Positions 1 to 13,934 of a stretch of 64,000 nucleotides of DNA are shown in pieces (the stretch's first letter is position 1; each line of letters starts with the position of its first letter). The DNA lies in the NCBI RefSeq assembly GCF_018977255.1, contig NW_024704742.1, positions 98,024,001 to 98,088,000 on the forward strand, given 5' to 3'. Source of the stretch: Callorhinchus milii. Lineage: Eukaryota. The notes under the pieces are model-generated. The model had not been told where the DNA came from. It saw only the letters and a list, made by a program, of their open reading frames with translations, and made no database searches. Made by a program: the position numbers and the translations under genes.

Positions 1-374
1 ACACTCACTCACACACACACTCACTCACACACACACACACATACACACACTCACACACACACTCACAAACACTGACACACACACACTCACTCACACACAC
101 TCACTCACACATACACACACTCACACACACACACTCACACTGACACACACACACTCACACACACACACTCACACACACTGACACACACACTCACACACAC
201 TCACACACACACACACTCACACTGACACACACACACACACTGACACACACTGACACACACACTCACACACACTCACACACACACACACTCACACACACAC
301 TCACACACACTCACTCACACACACTCACACACACACTCACTCACACACACTCACACACTCACTCACACACACTG

Positions 375-406
<32 letters not shown>

Positions 407-970
407 ACACACTCACACACACTCACACACACACTCACACACACTCACACACACACTCACTCACACACACACACACTGACACACACTCACACACACTCAC
501 ACACTCACACACACACTCACACTCACTCACACACTCACACACACACTCACACTCACACACACACACACACACACTCACACACACACACTCACACACACAC
601 ACACTCACACACACTCACTCACACACTCACACACTCACACACACTCACTCACACACACACACTCACACACACACACTCACACACACACACACACTGACAC
701 ACACACACACTGACACACACACACACACAGATACACACACACTGACACACACACACACACAGATACACACACACATACACACACACACACACTCACACAC
801 TCACACACACACTCACTCACACACACACACACACACTGACACACACTCACACATACACACACTCACACACACTCACACTGACACACACACTACACACACA
901 CACTCACTCACACACACACACACACACACTGACACACACACACACACACTCACACACATACACACACACT

Positions 971-1007
<37 letters not shown>

Positions 1008-3180
1008 ATACACACACTCACACACACACTCACACACTCACACACAGATACACACACTCACTCACACACACTCACACACACACACTCACACGCTCACACA
1101 CACTCACACATACACACACACACACACTCACACACAGAGATACACACACACTGACACACACACACTCACACACAGATACACACACACTGACACACACACA
1201 CACACAGATACACACACACTGACACACACACACACACACACAGATACACACACACTGACACACACACACACACAGATACACACTGACACACACACACACT
1301 CACACACACACACACACACACACTCACACACAGATACACACAGATACACACACACTGACACACACACACTGACACACACACACTGACACACACACACACT
1401 GACACACACACACACACACTGACAAACACACACACACACTGACACACACACACTGACACACACACACTGACACAAACACACACACACACACTGACACACA
1501 CACACTGACACACACACACACACACACACACACTGACACACACACTGATACAGACACACACACAGACCCTGAGACACACACACACCGACACAGACGCTGA
1601 GACACACACATACACACACTGACACACACACTGACACACACACACACTGAGACACACATACACAGACACACACACACTGAGACACACACACTGAGAAACA
1701 CACTGAGACACACACAGACACTGAGACACACACAGACACACACACACTGAGACACACATACAGACACTCACACAGGCACAGACACACACAGAGACACACA
1801 CACTGAGACAGACACACACACACGCATACGGACACACACACACACACACTGAGACACACCCACACACACAGACAGACACACACACGCAGACAGACACACA
1901 CTGAGACACACACAGACAGAGAGACACACACAGACTGAGACACACACAGACTGAGACACACACACACACACAAACTGAGACACACACACACAGACAGACA
2001 CACACACAGACTGAGACACACACACACACACAGACTGAGACACACACACACACACAGACTGAGACACACACAGACTGAGACACACACAGACTGAGACACA
2101 CACAGACTGAGACACACAGACAAACTGAGACACACACACAGACTGAGACACACACACACACAGACTGAGACACACACACACAGACTGAGACACACACACA
2201 CAGACTGAGACACACACACACACACAGGCTGAGACACACACAGACTGAGACATACAGAGACACATACACACACAAACTGAGACACACAGACTGAGACACA
2301 CACACACAGATGCACACACAGAGACTGAGACACACGCACCCAGATTGAGACACACAGAGACACCCATATACAGACTGAGACACACAGAGACACCCACACA
2401 CACACACAGAGACTGAGACACAGACACACAGACTGAGACAGACTGAGACACGCACACACAGACTGAGACACACAGAGACACACACACACAGAGACACCCA
2501 CACACACACACACAGAGACTGAGACACAGACTGAGACACGCACACACAAACTGAGACACACAGAGACACACACACACAGACTGAGACACACTTACACATA
2601 TTGAGTCACAGACTGAGACACACACAGAGACTGAGGCACACACAGACTGAGACATACAGACTGAGACACACACACAGAGACACACACAGACAGAGACACA
2701 CGCAGACAGAGACACACACACAGACAGAGACACACACACAGACAGAGACACACACAGACAGAGACACACACACAGACAGAGACAGACACACACAGAGACA
2801 AACAAACACACACATAGAGAGACAAACAGACACACACACACACAGGCAGACACACACACGCACACAGAGACACACACACACACAGACAAACACGCACACA
2901 CAGGCAGACACACACACGCACACAGAGACACACACACACACACACACAGACAAACACGCACACAGAGACACACACACACAGACAAACACGCACACACAGG
3001 CAGACACACACACACACAGACCAGGTAAAGAGGGACTGAGACATGCAGAGAGACAGACACACACACACAGGGACAGACAGACACACACACACAGAGACAG
3101 ACAGACACACACACACAGAGACAGACAGACACACACACCAAGGAACAGACAGCCAGAGAGAGAGAGAGACACACACACAC
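1..3180. repeat. CA-rich compound microsatellite/satellite, about 3.2 kb, truncated by the window start
   Basis: (CA)n interrupted by CT/CTGA/GATA (1-~1560), then CAGACTGAGA(CA)n units (~1560-2670), then CAGACAGAGA(CA)n units (~2670-3180). Confidence 0.97.
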
Positions 3181-3309
3181 AAGAGGGAGGGACTAAGGAA
3201 TAGAGAGAGAGGTGGTGGCAACCGATACAGGGACAGGCAGACACAGGGATGGATGGAGAGGAACAGATAGGCAGAGAGGGACAGGCAGTGAGAAACAGAC
3301 AGACACAAT

Positions 3310-3497
3310 AACAAAACAATAATAAATTGCTCATTTTCAATCCATGACTGTTTGTGGGACACTGCTGTGCGCAATTGGCTGCTGCGTTCGTCCACAAATA
3401 TACAGTCAAATTCACTTTACAGTATATATTGTGAAGCGCTTTGGGATGTCTAGAAGACGTGAAAAGCGCTATATCAAATGCAAGGATTATTATTATA
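3310..3497 (+). mobile_element. SINE 3' half (Deu-like core plus L2-type tail)
   Basis: CTGTTTGTGGGACACTGCTGTGCGCAATTGGCTGC core, then GTGAAGCGCTTTGGGA...GAAAAGCGCTATATCAAATGCAAGGA(TTA)n; near-identical to the copies at 20433 and 62880. Confidence 0.85.
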
Positions 3498-3667
3498 AGG
3501 GGACGGTCAGAGACACACAAGGGAGACACAGAGAGGAGGGAAGAGAAGGGGAGAGAGATTCAGGAAAAGAAGGTGTTTCGAAGTAAGTTGGTGAAGAGCG
3601 GAATGATGAGCAGCAGGAGAGCGGCAGGTTCCGGGGGTGTGGGGGGAGGAGAGTTTCTGGGGGCGAT

Positions 3668-4100
3668 AATAATAATAATCCTTGCATTTGAGTTTTGCCC
3701 ACAAAAAAACACAGTCACTTCACTTTACAGTATATTCTGTGAAGCGCTTTGAGAAGTCTCGGAAGACCTGATCAGGTGCTATATCAAACGCAAGGATTAT
3801 TATTATTAGTTAGTAGTAGTATTATAAAGCGTCTTATCACATTGTTTCAAAGCGCTTCACAGGATATACTGTAAAGTAAATTGACTGTATTTTGTGGGCG
3901 AAATGAGGTGGACAATTGTGCACAGCAATGCCCCACAAATAGCCATGGAGTGAATGACCAACATTTTTTTTATTTTGGAGGGATTGTTAGCCAGGACACT
4001 GGGAAAAACTCTTCTCTTTTCGAATGGTGCCGTGGGATCTTCCAACATCCGCCTGAACAGGCAGATGAGAACTTGCTTTAACATCTCATCCAAAGGGTGG
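3668..4100. mobile_element. Cluster of SINE fragments in both orientations
   Basis: Minus-strand tail at ~3668, plus-strand tail at ~3698-3808, minus-strand body at ~3830-4100. Confidence 0.7.
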
Positions 4101-5254
4101 GGGATGGTACTGAAGGAAAAAGGGAATCTTTTGACAAACACCTTGGTATAGCACGAGGCATAGGCTGTCTTTATGGCAGACTGTATCTCTCCCTTCTCTG
4201 ACATGTGAAATGCTTCGAATCTCAATTGCACTTTGTTTACCCCCTCACCCCCGACGCTTCATTTATTGCATTTTCTTGACCACAGCGTTGATACTTCAAG
4301 GTTAAAATGCTTCTAAACTAGCAATTGCTGTCAGATTTGTCATTCAGAGAAAGCCTGTCTCGGGACATACCTCTGACTGTGATGAAGAACGGGGAGGGGA
4401 GTACCGTCCGGGGGTTGATGAGGAGTGGGAGGCAGTTATCTTTCCCCTCCCCAACTCCTTCGGCTCCCATCCCCACTTGGGGTGCTATGGAAAAGGTTTA
4501 TTGCATTGTCGGTCCAAATCCTGATTGTCCATTGCCTTGGGACAACCTCCCGACTTGAAAAAAACAATAATAAATGGGTCGTTTTCAATCCACGACTGTT
4601 TGTGGGACACACAAATATACAGACGTGAAAAGCGCTATATCAAATGCAAGGATAAAAAAAAGGCGCTAATCAAATATAATACAGAGATGTCAAGTGCTGT
4701 TAATGCCAGTAGAAAATCATGACTCTCGGATAGTTTCATTGTTGTTTAAATACAGGGAGGAGGGGGCTGGATATTTAGTAATAATTTCCATTGTGAGTTG
4801 AATATATATGCAAATACCAATACATGCAATTCTTCATATTCCTAAGTTTTAAACAATCCATTTTCGAAGGTCTGTCCCAGGACACTTGCTTATGATTGAT
4901 TCAGATAATCTCTATCTTGTTTTCTGCACTGTTTGAAGCAGTGGTATTTGAAAATATCATCACTGAATGACATTGAAACCAAGCTATAAGTCCATAGACC
5001 CGAGTGAACTTTTTTATTCACCGGTGGTATCTTTAGTATATTCTTTAAGCACCATATCATTTTCTTGGTACGTCTTGGTACACCCATTAAATATGTTTTG
5101 TTTTCTTCTCTGTGGATATGGCTGGCTGAAGGTACTGCACCGCCAGATGTCAGTCCTAAGTGTGGCTTGTTGGGTATCAACAAAATTAAGCAAATAAAAT
5201 TGAATGTTCAGTTTTTACTGCCTCAGTAGTTTTGTAACGTAATGTAATCCTTGT

Positions 5255-5620
5255 ATTTGATATAACATATCTAATGTCAAAGTCTCAAAGTGCTTTATAA
5301 TTATACTATATAATTATATAGTATGCAGCAGTGAATTTGCCTTCAACACCCAGAAGGCGAATGACCTATTTATTTTTGAGGATTGTTGGCCAGGAAATTA
5401 AGAACAGTTTTGAGTAGTGTCATGGGTTTTTTAACTTCCACCCGAACTTTGGTTTAATATTTACTCATCCAAAGGAATCCAACAATGCAGTGCTCTCCAA
5501 CACTGCACTATCATGTCAACCGAGACTGTGAGCTCAGAGCACTGACATGGCACTTCAATTCATACTTTTCTGACCCAGAGCCAAGGGTGCTACCAACTGA
5601 ACAAGTTGACATACCTTGTA
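5255..5620 (-). mobile_element. Decayed tRNA-derived SINE
   Basis: Reverse tail TAATCCTTGTATTTGATATA and reverse tRNA head GTGCTACCAACTGA. Confidence 0.6.
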
Positions 5621-8600
5621 ATAGTTTTTTCCTTTCATTATAACACAATATTCAATTTAAAGAAAGCTTTATCAATTTAACTTTTTGTCAACAACATCAG
5701 TTTACCACCTCAATCTGTCAACCCATGGGATTCGCGCACAAATCTCCTGAACATAATTACAGATTTTGATGGAAATCTTGACATTTTTGAATGTTTCTAC
5801 AACTGAAGAAGGCCGTGACAACAGGTATGCTGTGTTTATACTGCTGGAGCTCATGAGAATATGCTTCGACGCTGCAGCATTATGTACCCAGACTAAGCCA
5901 AAACATATTATCTGCTGTTCTTTGGAAAATATTTCCCTCACGCATCCAGATTTTAGTAATCCATGCTCTGGCATAACACCCAACATTTCTTGAATTACTC
6001 ACTGGACAGCCACAGAACAGAAATTAAACTAAGATGATTATATTCACATAGTGAAGAGTGTAAAAATTGAGCTCAATAGAAATTAAACCTTTATCAAATC
6101 AAAACTGCCACTCATGACAATTCAAAGTGGTCTCAAGTCTTTAATGTTCAAACACACTAAAATGAAACTTCTGGCGTTATTAATTATTAGTTCTGGGTTT
6201 TCCTTGCTGTGTCATAAAATTGCCATTTAATTGTTCCTTATTTGGGTATTGTGTTTGTTTTTCCAATACCACATATTTTTAAACACCAAAGATAAATTGT
6301 TGTGTAATACAGTAATTATTATATAACCCAACCAATGCAAATCTCTGGAATTTCTATGTGTAGTTGGGATGCGTGGAACTCTATTTGGTTTGGATACTTT
6401 TAAGCATGGTGATGGGTTTCTATATGTGTCAGACATCTGGCTGACCATTAAAAAAACACACCAATGCAAAGCAGAACAATTACTTCCAGCAGTATAAACA
6501 CAGTACAGCTTTCACAGCCACTTCTAATAGATAGTGGCTGTCCAGTGAGTAGCCCAAGAAATATTAATGATCACATGTTTCAGAAGAATTGGTGTAAAAC
6601 GGAAGCTCCAAGTCACACTGTACTGCTCAGTGAGCACAGCAGTCTGTGTTAACTGATGTTTGAATGTCAACTACATTTTTATTACTGATGAATTTTGGCT
6701 GTCTTATTGACTTCAGTCAATAAAAAAAGGTAGGGGTGGTTGAGCATATTGTCCGGGAAATTTTTAAACCCTCGATCTGAATTAAAGTTTGGTTCAACTG
6801 CAAGCAGTGTAGTTGCAGTGATACTCCTGCTGAAGCACTCCGGGATCCCACCCCACATGAAGGGTGCTATATAAATGCAAGTTGTTGTTGCTGTGAAGCT
6901 GAAGCAGTGTGAGAATACCGCCTTTAGGAGTGCGAAACGGTTAGTTAAATTGGGATCAGCAGTGTAAAGCCACCAGTAAAATAGCAAATTTTACATTGAA
7001 TTAAAATTATTATACACAACCTCACAAATAAACGCCTTAGTACTGTAAACAATCTCAGAACGTCTTTTCAGAGTGTGTGGGACACTGTTTGGTGTATTTT
7101 TATAGCATTGGTAGCTGAAAATTCTCGAAGTGCAGTGATAGTAATTACAGTCGCATGTAGTGATAGTTTCTTGTAAGCAAACATGTAGCCAATTTGTGCA
7201 CAACAAAGTATCATAAAGAGCCGTGAGGTGAATGATCAATTAATAAAGGAATGATAATCCTCTGCATCTGATAGAGTGCCTTTCACGTCAGGAGGATGTC
7301 TCAAAGTTCTCAAAAGGTGAATAACTTTTTTTGGAGTACCGTTGGCCGGGATACTGGGAGAAACGCTTCTCTTTTCAAAGTGTGACACAGGATCTTTAAT
7401 GTCCGCCTGAACAGGTAGATGGGACTTTGGTTTAACATCTCACTCGAAGCACAGCACTTCCCACGATGCTGCGCAACTCCTGCAACATATTGGAGTATCA
7501 CAGATCAGTAACAGATTTCTGTTCGAGAAACTTATTTATGCATTCCTGCAAATAGTGACAGAGGTATTGACAATAGTGACTATCTGTGGAAGAAATGGAA
7601 GCTGTTTATAGGTGAAATCAAACAGTGAAGCTCTGTCTTTAAAGAATCCAATCTAATGTCCTGAGCAATCAGCAATAGCTGTGAGAGTAATTATTGTCCT
7701 GTTCTAATGAAGTTACTGCCCATTCACAATGGAAATAGAGTCCTGAAGTATTGGCCTTGAAAATGTGCATTCAAAGTCCTGATGTGGGCCTTGAGCCCAC
7801 AACTTTGTGAGTAAGTGGCGAGACTGCTATCAACTGAGTTGGCACCTGGAGGATCTCTTGCACATGACACTGGGAGAATCTGCCTTCTGTGTATGAATAA
7901 TGTCATGGGATCATTATCTATGGTCTGTGGACAGACAGACAGACAGGACCGCAGTTTAATGTCTCATTCGAAGGACGGCACCCTCACTCCCCCAGCACCG
8001 AGCTGGAGTGGATGTGCCGTCCACTCCAGCAGTGCTGAGGGAGTGGAGTCGAATAATTCACTTTGAAGAGTCACTGTGTCGCAGAATACCTTTTTTTATT
8101 GCTTGAACCTGACCTTGCTTTGTATCACATTTGTCACAGTGTTTCCTCAGCATACAGTACTAGCACCATTCCTACAGTGGTTGACCCTGCCTTCTGTGTT
8201 TTTTGTAGTTGGCTGTTTTGGTGTGGAGTTGCTCTGAGTTTTTTTCTCTTTGTTTTAAATTGTTGTGGGTAAACTACAAACTGCACTCTTGTGATTTCAC
8301 AGCCTCTGAGTTTATCAGTAGTTGGTAACTGGATGACTTCTTGCTTTCTGTAGCCTCAATAACTTTCTTTGGTTATTGCTTTTGTGGAGTCATTTCCAAT
8401 GCGGCATTTTCCTCTTTTATGTTAACTGCTTATTTGCTGGCATGTTTTGTTCAGTGAATGCTTAGGGGTTGTGAAAGTAAATATCAGACCACAGCTACCA
8501 AACTACCAAATGGTCTGATAAGTATAGCAGCTAAAACATTTTACTTTACACATGTCTAGTTCTCTACTTCTAATTCAGGCAGGCATTGCTGATTTTATGT

Positions 8601-8809
8601 GTACCTCAGGGTTTATTTCTCAGCGAAGCCACAACATCAAGTCACTTGTTTTACATATGCATTTGTACTGAATGACCTGAACTTTTCAAGTTTCTAACCT
8701 ATTTTCTCAGATGGAGAGTTTGTAATGTCCAGGATGTTTTCATACATTCAGTTTTAAATTGTGATGCCCGCAGGGTGCCACATCTTTCACATAAGGTGAC
8801 CATGTCATA

Positions 8810-9060
8810 GAACAACTCACATTTTTTATGGCACCTATGGAGCTGGGGATCAGGATCAGGAGTGTGGAGGGCACAGGGAGAAGGAGGGTGATTGAAGGCA
8901 TGGTGGAAGAGGAGGGTCTTGAGATGGGTCTTGAAACAGGCAAAGGAAGGGGTGAGGTGGAGGGACTGCAGGATGGAGTTCCAGAGGGTGAGGGCAGAGT
9001 GGCTGAAGGCCCACCCGCCAATGATGGGGTGGGGGCGGTGGGGGACATGAAGCAGGCTGG
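8810..9060 (-). mobile_element. L2 LINE 3' fragment
   Basis: Shares GAAGGCATGGTGGAAGAGGAGGGTCTTGAGATGGGTCTTGAA with the L2 copy at 38085; similar to 14550 and 53783. Confidence 0.75.
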
Positions 9061-9631
9061 AGCCATGCTCACAACTTAAAGCATGTTAAAGAAATGGCTC
9101 ATCATTTGATTATGGTACAAAAACAAAGGGTATTGGGACTGAGAGCCCTCTTATTTGGATTTATTCAACCATAGCATCATTTGACATTCTCAAGCCTCTC
9201 TGGTTGAAGCTTCCGCACAATGTATGAATCTTTTGATGGACTCTCCTATTGCATTGTGAGGATCTGCCATTCAGTGCAGCCTATTGCAAACCTCCACTTA
9301 TGTCAGCTATGCATTTGTCATCAGAGCACCTGCATTAATTCAACAGGAATTCCTCCTGGATGCTGCTTTCTGAGTTGTGGGCAGGAAGATGGCTGCAGTT
9401 CTCTCGCACACTTCATGTTGAGATGTGTTGCTCACCAGGAAACTTGCAGGGAGTTCCTGGTATCTGCCATCCACCTTGTGAGGACTCAAACCTGTGCTTG
9501 TCAGATGTCAAATGATCAACTGGTGACTTTCCTACTATGGGTGGGGGGCGGTGGTGGAAACAAACTAATCTGATCTTTTAGGCAATAAAAAGATAACTAA
9601 AATAATAAACAAACTTCTGCAATATCCTCAT

Positions 9632-10730
9632 TCATAGAAACATAGAAACAGGAGTAGGTCATTCAGCCCTTCGAGCCTGTTCCGCCATTCTATAAGTATC
9701 ATGGCTGATCTGTACCTCAAGATCAATTAGTGCCCTTGCCTCGTATCCCTTATATACTGACCTAACAAATATCCATCCACTTCAGTCTTGAACATTTAAA
9801 TGGATCCAACGTCCACAACTTTTTGGGGAGAGAGTTCCATATTTCCACTACCCTCTGGGTGAAAAATTGCCTCTTAATTTCACTCCTAAACAACAATCAC
9901 AACAACTTAGATTTATATAGCTCCCTCCATGCCAGATGGCGTCTCAGAGCGCTTCACAGTAAAGAATCCCAGGGCCGAGCCAGGAGGAGGGGGAGGAAGG
10001 TGACCAAAGGCGCGGTCGAAAAGAAAGGTCTTCAGCCGAGACCTGAAAGTGGAAAGAGAGGGGGCGAGGTGAAGGGAGTGAGGAAGGGAGCCTCGGGGCA
10101 TAGTGGCTGAAGGCACGGCTGCCGATGGTGGAGCGGAGGACTCGGGGGACAAGGAGGAGGCCAGTCCCGGTGGAGCGAAGGCAACGGGCACTGTTGTGAG
10201 GAGAGAGGAGGTCAGAGAGGTAGGGGGTGCAGAGGAGTGGAGGGATTTGAAGACAAGGGTGAGGATCTTGAAGTCGATCCTCTCTGGGACAGGGAGCCAG
10301 TGTAGTCTGGCAAGGACTGGGGTAATCGGGGAGCGGAGTTTGGTGCGGGTAAGAATATGGGCAGCAGAGTTTTGTATGACCTGGAATTTATGAATGGTTG
10401 ATGGTTTAGTTCTAATTTTAAGATTATACCCCCTTGTTTTGGATTCTCCTACCAGATTAAGTAGTTTCTCTGTAGCTACCCTATCAAATTCCTTTATTAT
10501 TTCAAAAACCTCAATCAGATCATCCTTCAACCTTCTAAATTCAAAGGAATAGAGACCAAGTTTATACAACCTATCCTCATAATTTAACCCTTTTAGCCCT
10601 GGTATCATTCTGGTGAATGTGTGTTGCACCCCCTCCAAAACTAATATATCCTTCCTGAGGTCCGGTGCCCCAAACTAAATGCAGTACTCCAGGTGGGTCT
10701 GACTAAGGCTCTATATAGTTGAAGCATCAC
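9632..10730 (-). mobile_element. CR1 LINE 3' fragment interrupted by an L2 insertion
   Basis: Minus translation EGVQHTFTRMIPGLKGLNYEDRLYKLGLYSFEFRRLKDDLIEVF (CR1 ORF2 C-terminus); 3' tail read as (CATAGAAA)2 on + at 9632. Confidence 0.9.
9891..10400 (-). mobile_element. L2 LINE 3' fragment nested in CR1
   Basis: QNSAAHILTRTKLRSPITPVLARLHWLPVPERIDFKIL (L2 ORF2 C-terminus) plus (TTG)n-like tail. Confidence 0.9.
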
Positions 10731-10744
10731 ATTCAGTTTGTGTT

Positions 10745-11010
10745 ATAATAATAATCGTTGCATTTGATATAATAATAGTGTCTTGTCAAGTCATCGAGAC
10801 GTCTCAAAGCACTGTTAATTGTAAGTGAGGCAGACGATTTGCGCACAACAATATCACACAAACAACCATGAAATGAATGACCAATTTTATCTGGAGGATT
10901 ATTGGCAAGGACACTGAGAGAAACTCTCCACTTTTCTAACTGTGCCATGGAATCTTTCACGTACACCTGAACATGCAGATGGGATCTCATTTTAACGTCT
11001 CATCCAATAA
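10745..11010 (-). mobile_element. SINE fragment
   Basis: Reverse tail ATAATAATCGTTGCATTTGATATA and Deu-like core. Confidence 0.65.
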
Positions 11011-11530
11011 CCCAATCTCAGTCAATAATTTTAAGTGATGTATCGTCTTCACACCATGCTGTAAGCCTAGTGTTGACTTGGTTTTTTTTCCAGGCCAAGA
11101 GTGTTTGATGTTAATATATGGGAGGAATTGGGAAGAGGTTGTGTGAGCCACTTCCATTTCCATCTTCAGCCAAGAGTTCTACAAGTTGGCTTCTTTCCAG
11201 GCAAGAATGATTCACAGTTGCTCTGCCCAGTAATACTGTTGGTAATTTGGCAGAAGGTGCTACCCTCTCATTTACAGTTAAATTTCACCTTGAGGCCACT
11301 TCAATAATGAGGGTAATCCACTATTCATACCACTTTTTAGTCTGTTTCAGTCCCAATCTCACTTCGAAGAGTAAAATAGTCCAGTCTGTTAACTTCTTTA
11401 ATAGCAAGTTTCCAATGTAATTTACAGTTTTTAAGATGAAATGTGGCAGTTTTGTTGGATTTTTCTTTGTGGTGGAATGTTCACTTGGTATGAGACACAT
11501 ACTTAACAGCTCATTTTGTTTTATTTCCAG

Positions 11531-11735
11531 GATATATGCTCATGAAAGGGTAACCCGTTCCGAAAAACAATTTAGATCTCTTTCAGCATCTCACCGCAAG
11601 CTGCTTCCTAACTTCCTCCCCCACGTGAACAAATTGAGGGAATGCATCGAACATAATTATGAGATCCTGAAAGCGATCATTAACAACTGCAACCATATGT
11701 TTGAAAATAAGGAGTATGGAGAGATTGACATTGAG
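11531..11735 (+). CDS. CARNMT1: Carnosine N-methyltransferase, coding exon 2
   Basis: ttccag|G ATA TAT GCT...GAG|gtaata; [68 protein letters not shown] matches recalled CARNMT1 (HERVNRTERQFRSL...[10 protein letters not shown]). Confidence 0.95.
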
Positions 11736-11789
11736 GTAATATTATAGGCTATAATAGTAAGATTATAGGGGGTGGGGGAAGTAATCAGT

Positions 11790-12358
11790 GTTTCCTGGGA
11801 GCTGAACTGGTTCCAACATGACATGTTTGGCAACGAAATGTCGGAATCGAGAAACGCCTCTGTGGCGGTTCTGGTATTCTGGTTCTTGAACAAGGTGGGT
11901 CCACAGTATTCCAAGGCGTTGCTGATGACAGCACAGCAGCCTGGCTCAACGGTAGGATCTGGAAGGACAGACCAGTCACTGGTGGCAGGGAGTCCTCATT
12001 TTATCCCTGCAAACCAAAGCCCTAACGGGTATGGTGGTCCTAGCTGGACAAGCAACGGGTAAACTTGACAGTGCTATGAATGGCAAGCTATGCGGTTTTA
12101 GCTGGTTAGACTCCAGCAGTATCCCACGCACACTTTGAGGTCCCCAAAGGTTGGTTCTTGCCAATCTGCACCTAATACTTCCGGAAATAGGTAAGCAGGA
12201 TGCATCCTCCAGAGAGAGCATGCACATCCCAATAAATATCTCTCAGATTTTCATTTGTAGGTCGAATGGGTGGACCCCCGTTTTGGTTTGGATACTCTTA
12301 AGCATGGTGAAGGGTTTCTGCATATGTCGGACACACAGCTGACCATAAAAAAAAACCA
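11790..12358 (+). mobile_element. Unclassified dispersed repeat, longest copy
   Basis: Homologous segments at ~6340-6460 (+), ~33640-34170 (-), ~43000-43210 (+) and ~45520-45680 (+); ends GCTGACCAT(A)n. Confidence 0.75.
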
Positions 12359-12517
12359 AATCGCTACTTTATATCCAGATACCTATCAAGAGTTTTTATT
12401 TCCTTTCACGAAAGTTGATAGATTATTGTAATATTTCATTGCCATTTTATTTAATGTGTCATTTATTTTTCTGTTCTTTTCTCCTGTTTGATAATGTCTT
12501 GGCTATAATTTGGACAG

Positions 12518-12684
12518 GGTGATTTGGGACCATTAAAACCAGCGTCCACTTTTGACATGGATAAATTGAAGTCCACCATCAAGCAGTTTGTGCGAGACTG
12601 GAGCGCGGATGGCCAAGCAGAACGGGATACCTGTTATCAACCAATCATTGATGAAATCCTAAACTTTTTCTCTTTGGATAAATG
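12518..12684 (+). CDS. CARNMT1: CARNMT1 coding exon 3
   Basis: gacag|GGT GAT TTG...AAA TG|gtacag; [41 protein letters not shown]. Confidence 0.95.
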
Positions 12685-13229
12685 GTACAGTGCTATATTC
12701 TATAAATGTGTTTAGACTATAGATGTGTATATACTAAAAAATATCTATTTTTAAAAATGTATGTTTCTCTTCACCTGACATCTCTAGAACTTGTCTTTTA
12801 TATTTATCTCTGTTTGTATCAGTGCGGACACAATAACTGCTGGATTGAACCTGTAATTTAAAAAATCTGCTTTTTGTTAATAATACTTCCATTTATATGT
12901 CACCTTTTCACACAATTGAGATGTCTCAGAGTGCTTCACATGATTTACTGTAAAGTGACTACATTTCGCCCACAAATATACGGTCAATTCACTTTACAGT
13001 ATATTCTGTGAAGCACTTTGAGATGTCTAGAAGACGTGAAAAGTGCTATATCAAATGCAAGGATTATTATTATTTTGTAGAAAGGTGTGGCTGTTTGTGG
13101 TGCTTTGTTATGCACAAATTGGCTGCCACATTCACCTACAAAATACACAGTCACCGCAAATCCTGTGAACAGATTTGAGAAATGAAATACGTGGTATCAA
13201 ATGCAACAATTATACATTTTTTGTAATAA

Positions 13230-13620
13230 CTTTTCCTGTTTGTTTTCATCAGCCCTTGATGTCCACCCCAAGCTCTGCAATGTTATCACCCCCATCTTTG
13301 CTCAGCTCCATTGGCTCCACATCCCCCAGCTGCTTATCACCTTTAAGTTCCTCCATGGTCTCATCCCAACCTACCTCTGCAACTTCCCAAACTCTACTGA
13401 TCCATCCACTTCCTTCCCTCAGCAAGCACTGGCCTACTTCATGTCCCCTGCCCTATCTGCCCCACCATCAGTAGGCTGGCTTTCTGCCACCACTCTCTGA
13501 AACTCCATCTCGGAGTCCCTCTGACCCACTCCCTCCCTCATCTCATTCAAGGTCGGCTTAGGACCCATTCCTTTAACCATGCTTTTAATCATCTTTCCGC
13601 GCCTCACTTTCCACACTTTC
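13230..13620 (+). mobile_element. Decayed L2 3' fragment
   Basis: ITPIFAQLHWLHIPQ...HGLIPTYLCN, similar to the other L2 copies. Confidence 0.7.
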
Positions 13621-13934
13621 ACCTTAGAAGTTGTTGGCAGTCTGTTCCTAAGCTTTTTACAGTGTCGCTCATACCCAGAAGTTGGGAGACTCCTGAAAAT
13701 GCCACATTCCACACCTCTCCATGCAGTTGTGGTAGAGAACTCAGCAGAGTGATATAATGGGCGTGCACCCGAACAATGTTAAAATGCAACTCAGCACTTC
13801 CATAGTTCGACACAATGTATATAGCAGCTGACCTCCAACTAGGGATTTCAGATTCTAAACAGGCTACTTCTGCTTCTAGGTTTAGCCTGACGTGCATCAT
13901 CACTAAGTAACAAATGCACAAAAGGGAGCTTTAT

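Noticed and set aside
677..3529. Long Cys/Val/Ser-rich and His/Thr-rich ORFs of up to 487 aa
   Set aside because: These are translations of the stop-poor CA/TG satellite and have no domain content or splice support
9913..10638. 241-aa ORF as a host gene
   Set aside because: It is entirely CR1 plus L2 ORF2 remnants
3181..11530. CARNMT1 exon 1
   Set aside because: I could not find the expected EREHFWKIINAFRYY-like sequence or a CpG island by eye; it is probably upstream of the window
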